Of a DNA stretch of 64,000 nucleotides, positions 57,125 through 64,000 are shown piece by piece. Each line of letters starts with the position of its first letter. Within the stretch, counting starts at the first letter, position 1. Made by a program: the position numbers and the translations under genes. This DNA comes from Candidatus Brocadiia bacterium (GTDB lineage Bacteria > Planctomycetota > Brocadiia > CAIUPP01). Where the stretch lies: positions 32,001-96,000 of the forward strand of contig JBEKCB010000008.1 of NCBI GenBank assembly GCA_050015075.1. Direction: 5' to 3'. A model generated the notes under the pieces. The model ran no database searches, was not told the origin of the DNA, and saw only the letters and a list, made by a program, of their open reading frames with translations.

Positions 57125-58420
57125 TTGGCTAATGTCATCGTCGAAGACGTCGGACCGTGCAAGAAACATCTGAAGATCACCATCCCGAAGGAAGACATCG
57201 AGAAGAAGGTCGAGGAGAATTACAAGCGCCTCGCCGGCAGCGCCGCGGTGCCCGGCTTCCGCAAGGGCCGCGTGCCGCGCAAACTGCTCGAGCGCCGCTT
57301 CAGCGACGACGTGCTCGAGGATGTCAAGCAGTCCATCCTCAGCGAAGCCTCGCAGAAGGCCGTCGAGGAAAAGGGCCTCAAGCCCATCGGCGATCCCTCC
57401 TTCGACAACGTCGCCTTCGAGCTTAACAAGGACTGCGTCTTCGAGATCACCCTAGAAGTCGAGCCCGATTTCGACCTGCCGGTGTATAAGGGCCTGGAGC
57501 TCAAGCGCGCGCGCGTGTCGGTGGACGACGAGGAGATCACGCACGGCCTCGACGCCCTGCGCATGCAGCGCGCGCGGCTCGATCTCATGCCCGCAGGCAC
57601 GGCCGTCGCCGCCGACGACGCGATCGTCTGCGACTGGAAAATCGCCAGCGAGGGCGAGACCGTCGCCGATCAGAAGGACGCCGAACTCCACGTCCACGGC
57701 CGCCGCTCCGGCGGTCTGGAGATGGAGCAGGACCTCTCCGAGAGCCTCGCCGGCGCCAAGTTCGGCGAGAGCCGCGAACTCAAGGTCAAGTTCCTCGACA
57801 GCTACCCCGTCGAGAAATGGCGCGGCAAGGACGGCACGCTCACCGTGGAAGTCAAAGAAGTCCGCCGCCCCGTCGCGCCCGAGCTTAACGAGGAATTCGC
57901 CAAGGCGATGGATTTCGACTCGCTCGCGGACCTGAAGAAGGCCGTCCAGCACAGCATCACTCAGAGCAAAGAGCGCGAGGCTTCCCTCGCTCTCGAGCAG
58001 CAGCTCTTCGACCAGCTCCTGGCCGCCGCCCCGTTCGAGTTGCCGCAGGGGGTGCTCAAGGCCCAGGCGCGCAACATCATGCTGCGCCAGCAGTACCGCC
58101 TGCGCCAGCGCGGCGTGCCGGCCGAGGAAATCGAAAAACACATGGACGACCTGCGCAACGTCTCCGAAGAGTCCGCCGCGCGCAACCTCAAGATCTACTT
58201 CATCCTCGACCGCATCGCCGAGAAGGAAAAAATCTTCGTGACCGAGGAGGAAGTCGAGGGCCGCATCGCCGCCATGGCCGGCAGTTACAACCTGACCCCG
58301 CAGCGCATGCGCGCCCAGATCGAACAGGAAGGCTCCCTCTCCGAACTCCGCGGCGGCCTGCGTGAAAACAAGGTGGTGGACTTCCTCCTCAAGAGCGCCA
58401 AGATCGAGGAGGCGAAATGA
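57125..58420 (+). CDS. tig: Trigger factor
   Basis: [10 protein letters not shown] ribosome-binding motif; TTG start after GGAGGTG; precedes clpP-clpX. Confidence 0.95.
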   Translation: MANVIVEDVGPCKKHLKITIPKEDIEKKVEENYKRLAGSAAVPGFRKGRVPRKLLERRFSDDVLEDVKQSILSEASQKAVEEKGLKPIGDPSFDNVAFELNKDCVFEITLEVEPDFDLPVYKGLELKRARVSVDDEEITHGLDALRMQRARLDLMPAGTAVAADDAIVCDWKIASEGETVADQKDAELHVHGRRSGGLEMEQDLSESLAGAKFGESRELKVKFLDSYPVEKWRGKDGTLTVEVKEVRRPVAPELNEEFAKAMDFDSLADLKKAVQHSITQSKEREASLALEQQLFDQLLAAAPFELPQGVLKAQARNIMLRQQYRLRQRGVPAEEIEKHMDDLRNVSEESAARNLKIYFILDRIAEKEKIFVTEEEVEGRIAAMAGSYNLTPQRMRAQIEQEGSLSELRGGLRENKVVDFLLKSAKIEEAK

Positions 58421-59061
58421 TGAACATCGAGCAGATCCTCCGCGAGCGCGCCGAGCGCGAGGCGCTCCAGTCCTCGCTCGTGCCCACGGTCATCGAGCGC
58501 ACCGGCCGCGGCGAGCGCGCGTACGACATCTTCAGCCGCCTCCTCAAGGACCGCATCATCTTCATCGGCTCGGTGATTGACGACATTGACGCCAACCTCA
58601 TCGTCGCGCAGATGCTCTTCCTCCAGAACGAGAACAAGAGCTCCGAGATCAGCCTCTACGTGAACTCGTTCGGCGGCTCGGTCACCGCCGGCCTGGCGAT
58701 CTACGACACCATGCAGTTCGTCCAGTGCGACGTGGCCACCTACTGCATCGGCCAGGCCGTCAGCCTGGCGGCCATCCTGCTCGCCGCCGGCTCCAAGGGC
58801 AAGCGCTACGCCCTGCCGCACAGCCGCATCATGCTCCATCAGCCGTGGGGCGGCACGCGCGGCACCGCCGCCGACATCAGCATCCAGGCCGAGGAGATCA
58901 TGCGCCTGAAGAAGCACCTCAACGAGATCCTCGCCAGCCACACCGGCCAGCAACTCGAACGCATCGAGGCCGATACCGACCGCGATTTCTACATGGGCGC
59001 GCAGGAAGCCAAGGCGTACGGCCTGGTGGACGAAGTGCTCACGACGCTCAAGCAGAGATAA
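58417..59061 (+). CDS. clpP: ATP-dependent Clp protease proteolytic subunit
   Basis: [16 protein letters not shown] (catalytic Ser), MLHQP, DRD. Confidence 0.97.
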   Translation: MMNIEQILRERAEREALQSSLVPTVIERTGRGERAYDIFSRLLKDRIIFIGSVIDDIDANLIVAQMLFLQNENKSSEISLYVNSFGGSVTAGLAIYDTMQFVQCDVATYCIGQAVSLAAILLAAGSKGKRYALPHSRIMLHQPWGGTRGTAADISIQAEEIMRLKKHLNEILASHTGQQLERIEADTDRDFYMGAQEAKAYGLVDEVLTTLKQR

Positions 59062-59128
59062 TTCCGGCCGCGAAGAAGCGGTCCGCTTTCAGTCTCAACG
59101 GAGCGCGCGCGGCTGTCGGGAAAACGCC

Positions 59129-60433
<1,305 letters not shown>

Positions 60434-60568
60434 GACGGGCGGCGCGCGACTGGCGATAAGCGATTGAGGATTGGGGCGTCGAAGCGCGAGGAACTCGCAG
60501 GTCGGTTCGTAGAGGTTGGGCGAATGCCGACCGACATAAGCTGCACTGGTTTCTCCTTGCGGCGGCGG

Positions 60569-61555
60569 ATGCAGACAGCGACGAGGCTCCTCTCGCTGTT
60601 TATGCTGGCGGCATCCGCGGGCTTGGCTGCCGAACCACCGGCCGTCACGCGTGATGACGCGGCTCCAATGTACCTGGAGGCTTTCGTCAACCTCCCGGAG
60701 TACTTCGAGCCCCGCGCCCGCGAGGAGGATTCGCTCCCGCTTGTAGGCGATGGCCGATTGCCGGCTTTGGGGAAGCCGATGGCTGAGGATCAGAGGCAAG
60801 CCATCGCAAAGTACCTGGAGGTCAACGCGAAGTGTCTGGCATTGCTGCACGAGGCGGGTGCGCTGAAAGAGTGCCGTTGGCCGGACAAGTATAAGGAGAC
60901 ATCGCAGCGCTTTCAGGCCATTATGTCAGGAGCACGCCAAGGTGCGCGGCTGCTGGAGCTCGAGGCAATCGTTCAGGCCGAGACGGGCAAGAGCGAACTC
61001 GCAGCACGGGCGGTCCAGGACAGCTTCGTGATGGCGAAACGCTTGGAGGACATCGATCCGCCTTTGGGCATCATGGTCCGGGATGCGTGCGAACAGCTGA
61101 CTGCCGGGGCACTTGAACGCGTTCTGAATCGCGTGCAGATTTCCGAGGCGGACCTCTCCGCTCTTGCTCAGTCTGTGGCCGCAGCGGACTTGTCCGTCGC
61201 ACTTCCAGCCAGCGAATTTGACAACGATCCGCATTTGAAAGGGAGAGGCATCGGCCTTTGGCATACTTGGTTGCGCAATGCTCAAGCTGCGATCGCCGTC
61301 GAGCGCTTTCGAGCCGCTGAGGGAAAGCTGCCGGTGGGCCTGGACGCTCTAGTTCCGCGTTTCCTCTCGGCGGTCCCGATAGATCCCTTTGACGGCCAAC
61401 CGCTGCGCTACCGGCAGACTGAAGTTAGATATGTCGTTTACAGCGTAGGCCCGAGCAAGACTGACCAAGGCGGGCGCTGGGATAACCCGACAGGGTGGGT
61501 TGGCGAAACAGGCAACCTTCCGTTCAGGGTTGAGCGGGAAGCGACGCATAAATAG
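60569..61555 (+). CDS. Hypothetical secreted protein with C-terminal GspG-like motif
   Basis: Signal peptide, DAAPMY, AVERFRAAEGKLP..L.ALVP..VPIDPFDGQPLRY, YSVGP. Confidence 0.7.
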   Translation: MQTATRLLSLFMLAASAGLAAEPPAVTRDDAAPMYLEAFVNLPEYFEPRAREEDSLPLVGDGRLPALGKPMAEDQRQAIAKYLEVNAKCLALLHEAGALKECRWPDKYKETSQRFQAIMSGARQGARLLELEAIVQAETGKSELAARAVQDSFVMAKRLEDIDPPLGIMVRDACEQLTAGALERVLNRVQISEADLSALAQSVAAADLSVALPASEFDNDPHLKGRGIGLWHTWLRNAQAAIAVERFRAAEGKLPVGLDALVPRFLSAVPIDPFDGQPLRYRQTEVRYVVYSVGPSKTDQGGRWDNPTGWVGETGNLPFRVEREATHK

Positions 61556-61636
61556 GAAAAACTGAGGCCGCTAATCTGCAAGAGGGATAGAGCCGGCCAT
61601 TGCCCCGATTACCAATCCGTGCTCTGCACTCCGCGC

Positions 61637-62278
61637 TCACTGCTCCCGTTTCCGCCCGATCCGATTCTCCGTTCCCTGGACGAGCCGACCGATGTTCGCG
61701 CGGTGGCGGACGATGCTCAGGACGGCGGCGACGGCGGCGAGCGCGGTGAGGAATTTGCCGGCTCCGAACGGGTCGCGGCCGAGGAGCAGCGCGCAGGCGA
61801 GGAGCGTCGCGGCGGCGACCATCGAGCCGACCGAGACGTAGCGCGTGAGCGCCACCACCGCCGCCCACACGCCCACCGCGATCAGCAGCCCGAGCGGGAA
61901 GACGGCGAGGAACACGCCGCAGCTCGTCGCCATGCCCTTGCCGCCCTTGAATTTCAGGAAGACCGGCCAGTTGTGCCCGGCCACGGCGGCAAAGCCGGCC
62001 AGCGCGACTCCGAGCGGGAGCTCCGGCTCGCCGATGCGGCAGCCGTGCAAGAGAAGAGCCGCAAGCGTCGGCAAGAATCCCTTCAGCACGTCCAGCGCGA
62101 AGACGAGGATTCCCCACTTGCGGCCGAGCGCGCGGCCGACGTTCGTCGCGCCCACGTTGCCGCTGCCGACCTCACGAATGTCAATCCCGCGCACGGCCTT
62201 CGCGATGAGATACGCGAACGGCACCGAGCCGAGCAGATAGGCGCAGAGAATGAGCGGAATGTCCCAGGCCTGAATCAC
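61637..62278 (-). CDS. plsY: Glycerol-3-phosphate acyltransferase
   Basis: YLLGSVP, GSGNVGATN, GHNWP.F..FKGGKG, RHRANI; GTG start after GAGGGAG. Confidence 0.95.
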   Translation of the reverse strand: MIQAWDIPLILCAYLLGSVPFAYLIAKAVRGIDIREVGSGNVGATNVGRALGRKWGILVFALDVLKGFLPTLAALLLHGCRIGEPELPLGVALAGFAAVAGHNWPVFLKFKGGKGMATSCGVFLAVFPLGLLIAVGVWAAVVALTRYVSVGSMVAAATLLACALLLGRDPFGAGKFLTALAAVAAVLSIVRHRANIGRLVQGTENRIGRKREQ

Positions 62279-62367
62279 CGTATCGGTCTCCCTCAGCCCG
62301 GCGAATAAAGCGGTCAACTGAAACGAGTAATTCTAGCCGCGCTGTCCTGCGGTTATCAAGACCAAGC

Positions 62368-63126
62368 TCAGTAGCGGTCCCACTGCCAGAACCTGAGCCG
62401 GCATTCACGCCCTTCCGCAGCCAGCGCTGCGCTGTACGCCGGATCAGGGTGAAGCGCCGTGAGCGACCACTGTCCTGCTTGCCCGGGGTCGCCCTGAATC
62501 GCGAGAATCGCCGCAGGTTCGCACGGCGCCAGAGACACCGCGACGTTCTTCAACGGGAAGGAAAGTCCTATGCCGATTGCCTTGAGGTACGCCTCCTTCC
62601 GCGTCCAGCAGTTGAAGAAGCCCTTTTGCCGCTGGTCGGCGGGCAGGGCCAGAAACGCCTTCAACTCGGCTTCCGCGAAGAAGCGCTTGGCCATCCTTTC
62701 GCACGGCACATCGGAGCGCACGCGCTCCAGGTCAATGCCGACCTGCCTCCGGCGCGCCACGGCGAAGATCGCCAGCCCGTAGGAGTCCGACATGTTGAAG
62801 CTGATCCCCTCTCCGCCGCATTCGGGCGCGACGGCCGGCTTTCCGTGAGGCCCATAATTGAATTGCACTCGCTCGGGTTCCACGTGGAGATATCGGCCGA
62901 GAATCCCACGCAGAATCGCGCGCCCCACGATGAATTGCTCCCGGACTTCCTGGAGGGAAAACCGCGCCGCCTTACTCCGCTCGTCCTCGGACAGCAGTTG
63001 CAGGAGGCTCGGGATTTTCGACGCTTCGCGGCGAAGCGAGGCGCGCCAGACGTGGACTTCGCTCTCGTCCGGAACCGGGTTATCAGGAGGCGGAGTCCAC
63101 TGGTATTGCGATGAGGTGTCGCTCAT
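62368..63126 (-). CDS. Sfp/HetI-type 4'-phosphopantetheinyl transferase
   Basis: GKP, FNMS, VGIDLE, WTRKEAYLKA. Confidence 0.93.
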   Translation of the reverse strand: MSDTSSQYQWTPPPDNPVPDESEVHVWRASLRREASKIPSLLQLLSEDERSKAARFSLQEVREQFIVGRAILRGILGRYLHVEPERVQFNYGPHGKPAVAPECGGEGISFNMSDSYGLAIFAVARRRQVGIDLERVRSDVPCERMAKRFFAEAELKAFLALPADQRQKGFFNCWTRKEAYLKAIGIGLSFPLKNVAVSLAPCEPAAILAIQGDPGQAGQWSLTALHPDPAYSAALAAEGRECRLRFWQWDRY

Positions 63127-64000
63127 GTCCTCGGGCCGCGAGCGGATGTTTGCGCCTCCTCGAGGTGGGCCTTGAAATATCCCGCGAGGACGCGCACGTT
63201 CGGCTCGCTCAGGATCAGCTCGTGCACTCCTGGGACAGAGTACACCTCTGCGCCGCCGGTGGCGAGTTCGCGCCAGGCCAGTCTCGCTCCATGTCTCAGG
63301 CGCGGCGTGGTTTCATTCGCCAGGAACAGGATCAGGCGGCCCTGGTAAAGCTTCGGCCTGTACCATCGCCCGGCGCGCCCGCCGGCGCGGAGCAGGGTCC
63401 GGGAGTATGCCGCCAATTGCCGCAGGTATTTGTTCAGTCCCCGCGCGGCTTCCACGCGCGCGGCGCGGCCCGCGGCGAGTCGCCGGACGTAGGCCGCCTG
63501 CCCATCCAACGTAAGCTGCGAAAGGTTGCGCAGGTGCTTTGCGCCGCGCTGAAACTGTTGCGCGATGAATCCCGGCTCGGGCCGCGCGAGTTGACGGACA
63601 TAGGCCGCCTGCCCGTCCGACTGAGGCTGCGAAAGGTCGCGCACGTCTCCTGAGCCGCGCCGAACGCGACGCTCGATGAATCCCCAGCCGGGGCACAAGC
63701 TCGCGTAATTCAACCATCGCGCCGGAGGGCTGAAGGTGTCCAGCAGCGCCAGGAAGGCGACCTCGTCGCCGCGCGCTTTGAGTTGTTGCGCCATCTCGTA
63801 CGCCACCACTCCTCCGGTGCACATCCCGCACAGGAAGTACGGCCCCTTCGGCTGGACCTTTCGCACCTCTTCCAGATAGCGGGCCGCCAGAGACTCGATC
63901 GAGACGCGCGGCTTGCGCGAGCGGGGCAGGCCCAACGGATGCAGCCCGTAACAGGGCTGCTCGGGCCCCAGGCGGCGCGCCAGGTGGACGAAGATGCCCG
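63123..64000 (-). CDS. NRPS/PKS-type thioesterase domain protein, 5' partial
   Basis: Frame open to the window edge (LARRLGPEQPCYGL); QPKGPY, GMCTGG, LALLDT, PGVH. Confidence 0.85.
   Translation of the reverse strand, partial: GIFVHLARRLGPEQPCYGLHPLGLPRSRKPRVSIESLAARYLEEVRKVQPKGPYFLCGMCTGGVVAYEMAQQLKARGDEVAFLALLDTFSPPARWLNYASLCPGWGFIERRVRRGSGDVRDLSQPQSDGQAAYVRQLARPEPGFIAQQFQRGAKHLRNLSQLTLDGQAAYVRRLAAGRAARVEAARGLNKYLRQLAAYSRTLLRAGGRAGRWYRPKLYQGRLILFLANETTPRLRHGARLAWRELATGGAEVYSVPGVHELILSEPNVRVLAGYFKAHLEEAQTSARGPRT

Noticed and set aside
60440-60540. ZTP (pfl) riboswitch-like words GCGCGACTGGCGA ... GCCGACCG
   Set aside because: No P2 GTGG/CCAC stem, no CGCC-TGGG pseudoknot partner, and the downstream gene is unrelated to purine or folate metabolism.

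Overview
GC-rich bacterial chromosomal segment. Gene content (many Gfo/Idh/MocA, GHL10/GH123/GH94/GH16 enzymes, DUF2950, CxCG zinc-ribbon proteins, diverse intergenic palindromes) suggests a PVC-group or Planctomycetota-like organism; this is inference only. Core genes include degP-like, ltaE, dlgD, psd-pssA, ychF, tRNA-Gly-tig-clpP-clpX, plsY, and a PPTase next to a partial thioesterase. They are interleaved with carbohydrate-catabolic genes and accessory genes of weaker codon bias (orphan secretin, ankyrin membrane protein, pilin-motif proteins, a repeat lipoprotein). I saw no CRISPR array, integrase or transposase. The most notable signals: (1) one palindromic DNA element inserted in frame into two unrelated enzymes, each gaining a QGRPE peptide; (2) a ~230-nt GAAA-tetraloop-rich candidate structured RNA after pssA; (3) a divergent intergenic region built from two promoter modules that each have a near-identical copy elsewhere in the window; (4) a small operon with a ClpS lacking the canonical N-degron residues; (5) an out-of-frame pilin-like/SPFH gene fusion scar. 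All product calls come from motif recognition by eye; no database searches were run.
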